NCBI RefSeq assembly: GCF_001194135.2
Contig: NC_068982.1
Span: 111,393,965-111,457,964 of the forward strand
From: Octopus bimaculoides
Taxonomy: Eukaryota
Length of the DNA stretch: 64,000 nt
Reading direction: 5' to 3'
Below, piece by piece: positions 12,864-26,616 of this stretch. Under the pieces are notes generated by a model. It was not told the DNA's origin. It did no database searches and saw only the letters and a list, made by a program, of their open reading frames with translations. The position numbers and the translations under genes are program-made. Each line of letters begins with the position of its first letter. The first letter of the stretch is position 1.

Positions 12864-15800
12864 CTACAAAGGAATCATGTCAAAATATCCAAGCAAAGCC
12901 AGTAAATAAATGAAGTAGTTCTGAGAGGAGCAAATTTCACTCTCATTATGAGAAATAGATTTTTTTCAATTCACTTGAGAATAGTCTTTATGATGATAGA
13001 AAAAAAAAATGAAAATATCTTATCTAATAAGTTTGGTCATTTTGCATATCTTCAAGAAATTATCTCCATTGAAATTGTTGAAACTAAAAAAAAAAATTAC
13101 ATAAAAGTATTCTAATTAAAACTAAATGTGAGCTAAGCTGAGACTAAAATATAGAGACCATTTGAGGTTTTACTCTGAGATTGTTAGCACCTTCAACACG
13201 CAGCAAGGGCTAACTGCAATTACAGAAAGGCATGGGTGGGTTATTAACAAAATATTGTTACCAGAAAAGTAAAATACATCAGCAAATCTAAACAATCTAG
13301 TGTTTAGTGATATAATACAATACTAATATGATTTTTCATAGCAAAAACACTTGAATCATGAACATTTTAAAAAATTTATCTTACATGTAACATTGCAGTT
13401 ATCTCAAAGAATAACTTATTTACTAAGTTTAACACTTCCAATGCCTTTTATGAATAAGGAGTGAATGATATAAAATTACATATCAATTCACATGTAGCAA
13501 ATAAAAAACATTATTAGGTGGCATTTTAGTGCATATGGCACTCATAAGATGATGATAACTTGCTACATTGTTATAATTTTAATAATTATGTAAATATTTT
13601 TCTCAGTAATGTTGTCTGAATTATGAACTAAATAATAGTGTATAGCTAGAATCGAAAGTCAGCTTATTTTATCCAAACCATAAATACTTGAAAGTTGGAA
13701 ATAGGAGTTATTAGAAGATGTGACAGCAAAAGAACACAGGCTGTGGGAATATTGGAAAAGATAAGAGTTTACATGAAATGAGAAGATGGCAAAGAAACTA
13801 ATGGGTTATCAAAATTACAATGGAAGTAGAGAGAAATTACGGTGATAAAGATAACAAAAGGAGAATCTCAGTAAGAGATATATCGCTGAATCATTTTCGC
13901 TTGAAATAGTTGGGAAGAGAGCTAGCAAACCATTCCATACATCAAAAAATAAGCGAAAAGTAACTGGGATAATTACAGGCAAAATTTTAGTATCATTCAA
14001 TGAACAAGATTAGAACAATCAAAGCAGTGAACATGTCTACCATAGTTGGAGAAAAAAAAAAAAGAAACAGAAATGGTCAACAAATATTTCTATTACTATT
14101 AAACTATTTTCAGATATAAAAAAAAAAAATTCCAAAATTACATTTAAGACTGATTAGCTTAGACTCTTTAAAAATCTAAAGGTTTTTACATTACCATATC
14201 AGTTCTGAAGTACAGAGATGTTGAGAGGTATAACAAATACTACATTGTAGGGTACATTCAAGCACTGTTCTAATACAAATACAATCAAATGTTAGACTGT
14301 TAGGTTGGGAGAAACCATGGAAATTAATTTTATTTTCAAAAGAATGAAAGGGGATTTAGTATTAAAAAGTTTGATTAAATATTTCGCAAAAGAGTATTTA
14401 TAATATTCAGTGCAAAAATCTGTTTTAAAAATTCAAATGTTTTGCCTTTTGTTTTCTTTGGGGGATTTGNNNNNNNNNNNNNNNNNNNNNNNNNNNNNNN
14501 NNNGGTCAGTTTAAACTTTTTATATTTCACTAGAGTTGCAATGTTTACTCAGCAACATTCTTTAAAAAAGCTCATCAATATTCAAACTAATCTTTCTGTT
14601 AAATTTTCTTACTCTAGAAATATCAAAATGACATTACAACTATGATGTACTTTAAAATGCAAGGCAGAACAAACTCTAGCTGTATGCAGTCACAACAATC
14701 ACAATCCTTAGGTGGTCTGTGTCAATTCTTATTTAGAGTTAATGACTTATTAGATGAGTCAGAGGACCATATCTCACTTGTATCTCCCAATATTTTTGGT
14801 ACATGGTTACTATTGCAAAATACACTTCCTAACACCAGCCACTTTACAGGGTGTAAAGTGGTTGATGTTGGTCCTCAGCAAAACTTAAAAAAAGGTCCCT
14901 TCTAACCACCACAGCCTACATTCATTTGCCAACTAGGTTACAGAGTGAATTCTGGTGTGGTGGTAGACATTTGCTGTTATAGTTTATAGATTATTTTCAT
15001 TTCTATTATTTTGTAATGGTTTCTTTAATGCAGCTTTGAAATAAAATATAAGAACTTGGAAGATGAAGAAGAAGAAAAAAATAGAGAGATATATTTTGCT
15101 GGCCTCTACTTTAGAATGCACCATTCATATTGTGAAAATGTGAAATAGCCATACTGACAGTTCTGAGGAATAAAGGGATAAGAAAGCTTCACAAGTTGGT
15201 TGAGATATCATGCACATAAAACTTGGTTGCAATCATGGAATGATCATACTTTGTTTACATGTATTTGGTATTGAAGATTGATGGATATATTATAATATAT
15301 TATTGGGAATCAATGATACAGGATACAGTTCGTTGTAGCTAATTCAAATTCTTGGAATCTTTCATCAAACTATCCCCACCCCAACTTCCAAGTACCAATA
15401 AGCAACCAGTTATGCACTGTGTTCAAAAGATTACATATCTTACACAATTTTTTAATAAATAATTTCAAAATATTCAATAACAGAGAGAAAATGTGATTGC
15501 AGCTAATATAATCAGATTTAATTATAGAAATATACATGCAGCAATGTTATGGGAATGGTATTGTTATGGGAACACCATTTCTTATAGTCCTTGTCACCTC
15601 CATTCTGTCATCCACTTCCCTTCTTGCACCATCAGGTTGGCAAATGACTCCTGGTGACTTTCTTCACAAGTATTATGTGCATATTGTGGAATGTTCATAG
15701 GGGGGAATACAGAGGTATTTTCCTATTGCTTTTGTTTTGGATAGTATTTAACAAAACACCATCTCAATGACCAGAACAGCCAAGTTTGCCACATCTGCCT

Positions 15801-18800
15801 GCAGATTCAGAACATAAAGAACCAGAACAGATACCATAAAGCATATTATCTAATACTCTAACAATTCTACCAATCCTCCACTATGGACTGGTACTTTATT
15901 TTACTGACCCCAGAAGGATGAAAGGCAAAACAGACCACTGAGGGAGCTGAGTTCAGAATATAAAGAGCCAAATTAAATACCAGAAGGCATTTTATTTGAT
16001 GCTTTAACAATTCTGACAATCCACCAACTTTCACATGTAACTGTATATATCTTTATGAAGTTATGTAATGAGGACATGACAACAGCACCAAAACATATAT
16101 CAAAGAAACACACAACTCATAACTAAACCCTTCAAATTCTTTACAAATGATAGGTTTCATGTTCTCTGGAGATCTTTCATAGCAGCTACACATAACAAAA
16201 ACATAACCAAGATTGCTATCAAAGTCAAGGTTTTTTCTTTCATGGAAAATAGAAAATACTTCGACTCTGACAAAAGAAAAAAGAAAACAATTCTGCCAAA
16301 CATTCAAAAGAGGATATCTAACTGATAAGCATATTTTAACTAATACAAGACATTGTAAAGTCTAACAGTTGTAGAGAGCCTAGAAGGTTTAGCTGTGAAC
16401 TGTTAATGAGCTGAAAAGGTACGTTCACCCTCTTCCTCTACTGTAACAGTTTTCTTTCTCTGAGTTGATAAAACTGTATACACTCACCCTACCAAACACT
16501 CAATGCACCTGCTTTTCTTCCTCACATCTGACTTATCAAACATTTAGTTCAATCCATTCTCCGTAGTATTCAACCTGCTCATATTTTGCTCACAAATGTC
16601 AACCACCAGTGGAAATTCATGCTGGATATCAACCGCATCAAACTCACAAGCTTAGAGAATCTGTAAAGGCTATGGGCATTCCCTTTCTTTCTCAAACTAA
16701 AATAAACAAAATTTTCTTTAACAAACCATATATTTATGCCCAGTTAGACTGACACAAAGGATCAATAAGGTGATGATGCCAGTCATATCAAACCAACATA
16801 AAATATGGCAATAAAGGACCAGTATAAACAATATTCAACATTCCTTGCTTCTTTCTTTAATTAAATTTCTGAAGATTATGTTTTCAAATGAGATTTTTCA
16901 CGAGAGTGGGGCATTATCATTGTCTCAAAATGATCATCATCATCATCATCATCGTTTAACGTCCGCCTTCCATGCTAGCATGGGTTGGACGATTTGACTG
17001 AGGACTGGTGAAACCGGATGGCAACACCAGGCTCAAATGATAACTGTACATAATTGTCAATAAATTGCTGACAGCAGCATTACACTAAGCAGACAGCAAA
17101 ACAATTGTTTGTTGCCAAGCAGTAAATGATGATGGCAAAAACTAAATAAAGATCATCCTCATTCTTAATAAGACCTTACTGGGTTAGTGCAGTATCTGAC
17201 TGTTATGCTAAATAGCAGATGAACTTGGAACCTGATCACTCTTTCTTCAAAGCCAAATTACAATTGCACGGAAAAGCAATGTAACCTAATTAACATTCAT
17301 AACAACCTAATGCTTCATAGTTAAAAAAAAAATTTTTTTTAAACATTTGAGAAAAACAAAAATCCTACAGAATGTTAATATAGACTACATCAAACAGTTG
17401 CTTTCAACAACTGGCAGTAATAATATAATAAGTAAGTAGTTCTTAAGCAAGAATGTGCTGAAAAGAAGATTACTCAGTAAACACAGCCAGACAAAAATGC
17501 CAGTAGTAATGATGTAAAAACACACCAAAGTCCTTCCGGGGTTTATTTTTTATCGTTTACTTGTTTCAGTCATTAGACTGTGTTAGAGATTTGTTCTTTT
17601 ACAATATTGTAATTAAAAATTTTTTTTTCTGGTCTATATATTTTTATTTCATTTTGTCAACTTGACCTAATTCTTATAACATAAATAATAATGTGAGAAT
17701 TCGGTTAATAAGATTTATGCAAAAAAAAAAACTAATTTATATTGCAAGCAGCATTTTAATTTACTACTATGTAAAAAAAAAACGGTAAATCAAACCACCA
17801 AAGAAGCCTCTACATGTTCAGTCAACCTGCTTGAGATAACAGCCAAATCACACTTAAATCACATTTAAACTCTATTATCTTAAACAAGGAAAGGCAGTAT
17901 AGTCCTAAATCTGAGAAAAAAATTAGATCACTATAATTCAATCAAATTTAACCTAAACAACAATAACAAGTTGATAATTTTACTTGAACCCATCTAAATT
18001 CTTATTGTTTTGAAAATTAATCGAAAGACAGATCAATGCATTCTAATAAGAAATGTTCCCTGAAAGGTAAATCTGAAGATTACTAATATTAAAATATATC
18101 AGTAACAAATGTTGGAGATGGCAGCAGTGAAAAAGCAGTGTTTGCTGTTCTTGCTTTTCTTCATTTTCCGAAACTTGAAGGCAAGTGGAATTCAGTATAT
18201 AGAAATTTTTAGCAAGTAGATAAATAATTTTACTATATATTGAAGTGTCATTTGAAAGATTGCTGCAAGATCATATCTGAGAGATATTTTTTCATGCATG
18301 TTATTTAGAAAAGGGCAACATCTGATGGCATTTCAAAACCGAAGAAGTAAATCAGGATGTTATACCGATAAATAAAAATGTGCTGTTTTTATCATTGTGT
18401 AACAGTATCCTCAACTTGAATATGCTTTAGACAATAAAATTGTGAAAAAATAATCTTTATTTGCCCTGAAGTAGAAAATATAAAGAACTTGTTACTGGAT
18501 ATTATCATCATATTACTAAAGAAAATATATAGAGTTACTATGAGATTTATGAAGAATTTAGCCATTTAAGTATATACACCACACAGTTTATGAAAATGTA
18601 TCAACTTTTCATGTATTCACGCGCATGTATGCATGGGTATGTGTGTGTGCACATGTTTATACTTTGCAAAGAAAAGGTTGACAGTGACTTTGAAGTTTCT
18701 ACTTACTAGCCATCATTGAACTGCAATGTAGTTAGGGTTTCCAAGATTTATATATATAGTTTGTTTTTTTCAATGATGGTGGAGTCATCCAGTGGGTATA

Positions 18801-19858
18801 CAACTGCACATTCATACAAGCACATCCAAAAATATGCATATATAGCTATAATTTCATAAAGATATGCATTAAAAGATATATATATATACACATACACATA
18901 TCATCATTTAACGTCCACTTTCTCATGCTTGTATAGGTCAGACATATTTTGTTTTCTACAGCTGGATGCTGACAGTGGAGAAAGTGAAAGGAAAATTTAG
19001 TAACCAAATTAACAAATAATTAGAATGCTTACAAGGCCCAACATTTAATGAGAAAAGATTATAAAATACAGTGAAGCATAATAATTTACAATATCAAATC
19101 TCTCTATACTACACATTTTAGGTTGGATAACAAATTTTCCATAATACTAGATTTTAGTTCTTATGTTACTGCACATTTTATTTACATCAGTGTTTATCAA
19201 AGAAAAACGTTTTTATGGTTGTTCGACCTGCTGTAAATCTTTCTCAGATCACACTCCACCAGCTTGATAAAGAACACCTTGGATAATATGGTTCTAGGTT
19301 CTCTACATGTAGCAAAAAAGCAGGACAATCTTGACTGGAATGCTTTTAAATATAGGTCTGCTTGATAAGGACTGACCTGAAGCTGAACAATAACTAAATA
19401 TACTTTAGGAGAGTACACTACAAACTAATTCTTATACACACAGTAAGAATTAATACTACACATCCAATCCATTCATTCATACATTTTTCTTTTTCATCAG
19501 TAAACATTCCATGAGTTCTTGCCATCATTTTAACTCAGTGCTTCTCAAATTACATATTAAAAATATTTCTATTTCACTGCAAATTTCACAGAAATAACTC
19601 ATGTAATATATAGCACATTGTCACAATGACACAATATCTCTGACACAGCAGACAGTTGATAACAAACATATAACATGTATCATACTGACACAATGAAGAA
19701 ATATCACACGCAACAGACCACTAGCATCAGAAGTGAGATTCGTTACCACTAACATTCTGTAACTGTTATGAATTAATCCATAGACAATATTAAGTTCTAT
19801 ATAGAGAATATTTCAATTAGTAAATGCAGTTGAAAATAAAAGAATTATATATACATAC

Positions 19859-19972
19859 CTCTTCATCTTTAAACCAAGAGAAAGTTTCTGCTGTAAGGAC
19901 AAACCAAAAGTCTTTTGATCCACCTTTCATGAAGCTGATATTGTGCAAGGTCAACCACCCTCGACGTATTAC
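19859..19972 (-). CDS. DNM1: Dynamin exon 13 (PH domain N-terminal part, VL1): [38 protein letters not shown]
   Basis: 114 nt, tttccag|GTA...GAAGAG|gtatgt. Confidence 0.96.
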
Positions 19973-20774
19973 CTGGAAAATGAAAGAGAAGAAATAAAAG
20001 TAGTTGTTTATTGAAAAACATTCTTAGGACCCATGCAACATTTAAAATAGCATTTCTGCAAGAAAGTCATGTTATACTTCCCAATGCCAATACCGACTTG
20101 TACAAAATCACAAACTTCACTATATGTGTATATATGCCTAGTTTTAGACATATGTGTTTATATTACTGATACCCTACCACTACCAAATGATACATATCAA
20201 AATAAATTGACATATGTGTTTATATTATAGGCCATCTTGTAACAACTGGGAAGTGGTAACGCTCAATATGCAGAAAGGGAGTATGTAGGAATAGAATACT
20301 TTGAACCCAATGCAAACAATGGGTACATAAAATGCAGTAGGATACTGACAGGTTGAAACAAAAGGATTTCATATGCACAGGAGTGACTAACAGTAATAAC
20401 ACCTAAGAAATGAAGTCCCTCAATTATTCAGAAAGCTTCTAACATCTAGCTGATAGCTTCCATTATGAAGGGGACCTAATCAACACAAGAAGTAGGTGCT
20501 GAGAAAACACAGGAGCTAGAGTAAGGACATAGTGAAAAATTCAAAGTTATTACTTCTGCTGACAGCAAAAGTTTCTCTCAACAAGTGGAAGGCAGAATAT
20601 ATGATACAGTTCTATATTTAAGAGATGAGGAATTATGTACATTATTTACATTTGACAGATATTTGTCCTTATCTGGTTTGTTGTTAACACGTTTCGGCTG
20701 ATATACCCTCCAGCCTTCATCAGGCATCTTGGGGAAATTTTGAACCTGGGTTATCATTCCTAAGGTATTTTTCG

Positions 20775-20822
20775 ATGTTGATGTTGTTGTTGTTGTTGTT
20801 ATTGTTGTTGTTGTTATTGTTA

Positions 20823-20858
<36 letters not shown>
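20775..20858. repeat. (GTT)n/(ATT)n microsatellite inside a SINE
   Basis: Read directly. Confidence 0.95.
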
Positions 20859-20860
<2 letters not shown>

Positions 20861-21000
20861 CACTCTTCAAAACTTGCACTAAGAATAATTAGGTAAAATT
20901 ACTATCTGCTTTTATAGCAAGTTGATGCAGGTAGTTTATTCTATCTCCCTCAGACTTTTAGTTCATGCAATTGAAAAAACCACATTACTTATGTGATGAC

Positions 21001-21044
<44 letters not shown>

Positions 21045-21050
21045 TATATA

Positions 21051-21455
21051 TGTGCAGGCATGGCTGTGTGGTATGAAGCTCACTTCCCAACCACATGGTT
21101 CCAAGTTCAATCCCACTGGGTGACACCTTGGGCAAGTGTCTACTATATTAGCCTCAGGCCGACCAAAGCTTTGCAAGTGGATTTGGTAAATAGAAACAGA
21201 AAGAAGCCCATTGTGTATACATGTATGTATGTATGTATATCTATGTGCGTGTGTCTTTGTATTTGTTTGCCCCCGCCATCACCACCACCACTGCTGGTGT
21301 GTTTGCGTCCCCGTAACTTAGTGGTTCAGCAAAAGAGACTGGTAGAATAAATATCAGACTTTAAAATAATAAGTACTAGGGTCGATTCATTCAACTAAAA
21401 ATTCAAGGCAGTGCCTCAGCATGGCCACTGTCTAATCACTGAAACAAGTAAAAGA
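21051..21455 (+). mobile_element. tRNA-derived CORE-like SINE copy
   Basis: Colinear with 7596-7970. Confidence 0.8.
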
Positions 21456-21520
21456 TGAAATATATATATATGTGCATGCATATGTTTATATATATATATA
21501 AATTTATTTATTGTACGTAC

Positions 21521-21569
21521 TTGATTCCCTAGTTTTCTTTTACTGGTGTTTTCAGACTTTTGTTGAGCA
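21521..21569 (-). CDS. DNM1: Dynamin exon 12 (stalk-PH linker): NAQQKSENTSKRKLGNQ
   Basis: 49 nt, ttttttag|T...AATCAA|gtacgt. Phases fit both neighbours (2 in, 0 out). Confidence 0.92.
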
Positions 21570-21884
21570 CTAAAAAAACACAAATAAATAGTATTAGTTT
21601 GAAATAAAATATTTTGTTCTGAATTTAAAAAACTGATTACACAGATAAAAAAGCTGGCAGCATTTTTGTTTCTATCAACTTTATTCTCTACAGGATAAAT
21701 ATATAAACTTAATAAATAAGAGAAAATACAAAAAAAAAAAAACAATAAAAGACAATCACAACAATGAACAAAAAACACCAGTATTGCAGTCATAACACCT
21801 AGACTGAAGCAAGTAAGACGTACAAGCATGTCCTTTACAGCCATGCTCTTGACCACTCCCTTTCTCTGCCGAGAGGTGCATGTC

Positions 21885-22200
21885 TTGCAAGCTTGTACCA
21901 CATAAAAAGTACCCATTTCAGTGTCATGTAAAAAGCACCCATGCCAGTGCCACATAAAAGTGCCCATTTCACTGTCACATAAGAAGCACCCATGCCAATG
22001 CAAGGTAAAAGCACCCATGCTGGTGTCATATAAAAAGCACCCAGCACACTGTGAAGTGGTTGGCATTAGGAAAGGCATCCACCCATAAAAACTATGTCAA
22101 AATAGACGATTGGAACCTGGTGCAGCTGGCCGGCTTCTGTCAAACCATCCAACACATGCCAGCATGGAAAGCAGACATTAAACGATGATAATGATGAAGA
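21885..22200 (+). mobile_element. RTE 3' UTR copy with about 6 copies of a ~26-bp tandem unit (21901-22045)
   Basis: aaaagcacccatgccagtgccac-type units, then ggttggcattaggaaaggcatcc...gcatggaaagcagacattaaacgatgat. Confidence 0.75.
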
Positions 22201-24489
22201 AGAAGCAGTAAGGAATCATGATTTCAGTCTAGTTGGGTTTGATTCAGCTTGGGTAAAGCTTTAAAGAAGCATTCTTTCCTTTTAGACTCTATACACATCA
22301 GTTGATATCCAGAATAATGCCATCTGGTGGTATGGATTCATCAGTTAATGTATAAAGCATATCATAAACTTTAAAAAAACAATTAACTGTCCTCTTTTGA
22401 AATTATAAACTAAAAACTATTTTAGAAGACTTTAAATATTTGTTTTATATATAATAATTCATAGTGGCTGGCACTTCAGCTCCTACCACTGTATCTGGAT
22501 TTTTGTTTTGTTTATAATATAGATGTATATACACACACACACACACAGACACAAGTGTGTATGTATAAATACAATATGGGGAGGGGGAAGAATCAATGCA
22601 TATCAAAAAACATTACTACAAAATTAGAAGTATTGCAGTAAAGAACTGGACAAAATAATTTCCAGATAACCTAAGGTCACAAACTTGTTTACAATTCATA
22701 GTTGATGCTCTTTCACTTACTCCTCATTTTCTTCTTCAAACTAGATATAATCTTTGTACATAGTCAAAATGAAACAATGCTAAACAAAGAAGTATAGTTT
22801 TACAAGTTCAGGCATCTGAACATCTAAGAGAGCAAGCAGAAACAATAAATGTGAAATCAAGTTTTTAAAAAATGAAAGATCAGACTGAAAGATATATTAG
22901 ACAAAAAGTGAGGTGGATGAATAAATAAGCCATACTGAGAGTATCAATTCTAGTAAATCATAAACGTTGTTAGATCTTTTGTATTCAATTAATTTTTCTT
23001 TAGATAGCTTCATCATACGATCTTCCAAAACAGAATGAAGAATGAAGAAACAGTTATTCTTCCAAAAACTAATATTGCTTGAGTTATTTTTATATTTCAA
23101 CCAACAAAATAGATTCAATCACCAAATTTATAGAAGATTGATTATAGAAGATTGATTTGATCACATAAAACTTGTGTGCTCTCCCAACAGAGCTATATAG
23201 ATGCATTTTTAAATGCAAAAACAAATACACTTCATACTAAACTGTTGATGACAAAACACAACAGCAGGCCTTTGTAATTAAACAACAAACATTCTGTTGT
23301 TGTGGATTATTTTCAAGATAATTTTAGATAGCTTACCACAAGACTTGTTAAAGACAAAGCTAAAGCTGAAACTTGAAATATGCTCATAGCAGAAAATGAC
23401 AAGAAACATTTCTTAGCTGGAAGAGCTTCGTTTCAAGTAATTTATCTCAAACACTAAAATGACTTACTAATTTGATGCTCAGCACATCAGCCACAAGCTC
23501 AGTGAGCAATGCAAACAGTGAAAATATTGCAGGAATGCTTTAATTCTTTCATAGCATGACTGTAAAAACTTAAACTGACATCCTACTATGTTCATAAGTC
23601 CTGTCTGACTTGAAAATAGATTAAAAACAAAGATAACTATAACTATGGCTACAACCAAAGACAACTTAAGAAGCATGAATATTTCAATGAAAATACCTAG
23701 GAAATATGTCCCAAAATAATGATTGTTACAAAATTGAATAAGGATAAATTGAAGGTAACATAAAAAAAAACAATCTGAGATGGATTGGGTTATCAAAAAT
23801 TATGAAATGAAATTCAGGAGGGTGGACAAGTTCATGTGCAATGGGGAGAAACAGAATTTAATACTGAAAAATTTCTTTTCTCTCAAATGAAAGGTCTGCC
23901 CTGAAATGTCAGATTTCAACTTCTCTCCATGATATACAAACTTATCCAAACTCACGAACCTCACAAAATACAAGAGGTTGAGTTGAAATGATCAGGTTTG
24001 CATTGAAAGAACTAGCAAACTAGCAACTTCCTAATATAATAATGTTGATGGATATTAGTTAATATTCTTTGGCAACATAACCATGAAAGCCTCTAGTCCT
24101 CCTAGAAATAGCAGTCACATCTCAATCAAATCACATACAACTGTTTTAAAAAAGGAAAGAACACAAATAGAAATAGAAAGGTTAATGATGTCCTCCTAAA
24201 GATACTTCTAAAAAGTTTGGGATGGTCATGGCTAGAATGTTTCTGATCATATGTCATAGACACAGAGCTAAACATTCCAGTTCACTTTTAGAAAGTATCA
24301 AGCAATGTTCTCAGCAAATGCAACAGAACATTAATTACTATAACTATGATGCATTGTAAGTATTAATTTGAATATATTTAAATTTGAATCTAAATTTTTT
24401 AATTCTTTAGATATCAATTATAATCATTACTTCAAAACTCTCAAAATAAAAATCAAATACTAAAATATTAAAAATCACCAACAACTTAC

Positions 24490-24647
24490 TTTGCAAAACC
24501 AATGAAATCTTCATGGTTTGTATTCATATATGCTAATTGTATGTCAACCAAGAGAAGTAAGTTATCTTTAGATTTCTGATCACGCTCACGAATAACAGAA
24601 TTAACAATCCTTTCTGTTTCTTCTCGCAGAAGGGGGTAACGGGACAT
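24490..24647 (-). CDS. DNM1: Dynamin exon 11: [52 protein letters not shown](N)
   Basis: 158 nt, tttttag|ATG...GCAAA|gtaagt. Contains the [12 protein letters not shown] motif. Confidence 0.96.
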
Positions 24648-24654
24648 CTAAAAA

Positions 24655-24770
24655 GTAAGAATATAATATATAAATTTAGGTAAAATGTATGAATTTAGGT
24701 AAGAATATAATATATAAATTTAGGTAAAATATATAAATTTAGGTAAAAATATAATATATAAATTTAAGTC
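24655..24770. repeat. AT-rich minisatellite filling most of the 150-bp intron 10
   Basis: About 5 imperfect units of (aagaatataa)tatataaatttaggt. Confidence 0.8.
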
Positions 24771-24797
24771 AATAAGAAATGAAAATTAAAATCTTAC

Positions 24798-24936
24798 TTT
24801 ATCAGTACATTTTCTCACTACACTTGTGAGTTCGGAAACAACCATATCAACACATTTTAACGATGGTTCACGTAATTTTTCAATTTGTTTTTTGACAATT
24901 GTCTCAAAAGCCATGTCTGGTGTGAATAAACCAGTT
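24798..24936 (-). CDS. DNM1: Dynamin exon 10 (stalk): [47 protein letters not shown]
   Basis: 139 nt, ttccag|A...GATAAA|gtaaga. Confidence 0.96.
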
Positions 24937-25811
24937 CTGGAAGACAAAAATTAAAAACATTTAGCCTTAAGAAATTAAAAATGATAATATGTTAATATAT
25001 AAAAAAAGAGAGCCTGTATGATGTAAGCTTTTGAGGTGGGTTTTCTAGATTTTATTTATAATTACAATAGTATCATAGGTTGCATGTTTTCAACCAGCTA
25101 ATCAATGAGCTACAGCATTTATGACTGTGAAAGTGGCAAGAGAATATCTGTAGCTCATGATTTCATCTGATACTGACATTTGTTTTTCACTATGATTTGT
25201 TTACTTCCAAATAATTAAACAACTTATTGATATTTCAGCCAGCTTCAATAAGGGTCATCAATGTCTCAATTTTAACTGTTGCTTATCTACAATTCCAAAG
25301 AATGGGTTTAGAATGCAACATCTTACCATAAACTGCAGTCATGAAACAACATCAACTCTGAAATACTTACATTTCAATTCATCACCCTACTTCTAATAGG
25401 AGTGTTTTTTAACAAGCATCAACCATGAAAATTAACAGTCCACATAACAGGACACCAGTTTTCTATCAATCAGCCCAATGTCTCTAATGCAGCTACTTAC
25501 CAAAGTTTGCTTTATTTACTACTTCCTACAATTTAATTGTATTAGACACCTAGTGAACCACATACAACTCATTTCTTTATAACTGCCACACAACCTGCTT
25601 TCAATACCTAAAGTTACAATGTCATTTATCTTTAGCCATCTTATATAAGCACTAAACATGAAGAGAACTTATTGGTTCTCTTCATGTACTTTTCACCCAC
25701 CTCACATTCTAACCATTTTCCTATTGCTAAACCCATACTTCCAGTTCTAACTCTGTCATATACATAGTAAAACTTATGTACTGTGACCAATGACTATTCA
25801 TGCTAATAGGT

Positions 25812-26194
25812 TGTTGGCACTCTGTCGCTTACGACGTCGAGGGTTCCAGTTGATCCGATCAACGGAACAGCCTGCTCGTGAAATTAACGTGCAAGTGGCT
25901 GAGCACTCCACAGACACGTGTAACCTTAACGTAGTTCTCAGGGATATTCAGCGTGACACAGTGTGATAAGGCTGACCCTTTGAATTACAGGCACAACAGA
26001 AACAGGAAGTAAGAGTGAGAGAAAGTTGTGGTGGAAGAGTACAGCAGGGTTCGCCACCATCCTCTGCCGGAGCCTCGTGGAGCTTTAGGTGTTTTCGCTG
26101 AATAAACACTCACAACGCCCAGTCTGGGAATCGAAACCGCGATCCTATGACCGCGAGTCTGCTGCCCTAACCACTGGGCCATTGCGCCTCCACA
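25812..26194 (-). mobile_element. Young tRNA-derived SINE with a 9-bp TSD
   Basis: Head TGGCCCAGTGG (A box) and GGTTTCGATTCCC (B box); CpG-rich. The direct repeat ctaataggt occurs at 25803-25811 and 26195-26203. Related old copies at about 2213-2515 (-) and 42697-43020 (+). Confidence 0.85.
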
Positions 26195-26499
26195 CTAATA
26201 GGTAAACGAGTACGTAATGTACTTTTTGCTTTCTCATTGTTGCACTGACTAGATGCTATTGACTTCTTGGTTATTTCTTTCTAATAAACTGTATTAAAAA
26301 ATACTTTTAAATGTCTTTAATTACACAAGGAAGCTACAAAGATCACTAATTTCACTAAGACTTTTTTAAGAAGTGTATGTGATGATACCTTCCAATTGTA
26401 TTTATTTCTTTGTTGTTTAACTTTGTTTTGCAGTAATATTGATCAAGAAAGATTTCAAAGTTAGTTTGAGTCGATTAAATGTTTTTAGTTCATAAATCA

Positions 26500-26616
<117 letters not shown>

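Noticed and set aside
16053-16307. Strong polypyrimidine acceptor near 16266 and an 84-aa ORF
   Set aside because: The phase-0 reading stops after 8 codons, and the open frame has no dynamin similarity or clear donor.
21416-22078. 220-aa minus-strand ORF
   Set aside because: A chimera of RTE UTR repeats and intron. Only 21521-21569 (exon 12) is real coding sequence.
23461-23575. Strong donor gtaagt at about 23467 with an upstream acceptor in intron 11
   Set aside because: The frame required after exon 11 hits a stop, and no phase-compatible exon results.
26120-26194. tRNA gene candidates (also about 57206-57280 and about 7600-7660)
   Set aside because: These are tRNA-like SINE heads that continue into repeat bodies, without a clean cloverleaf and terminator.
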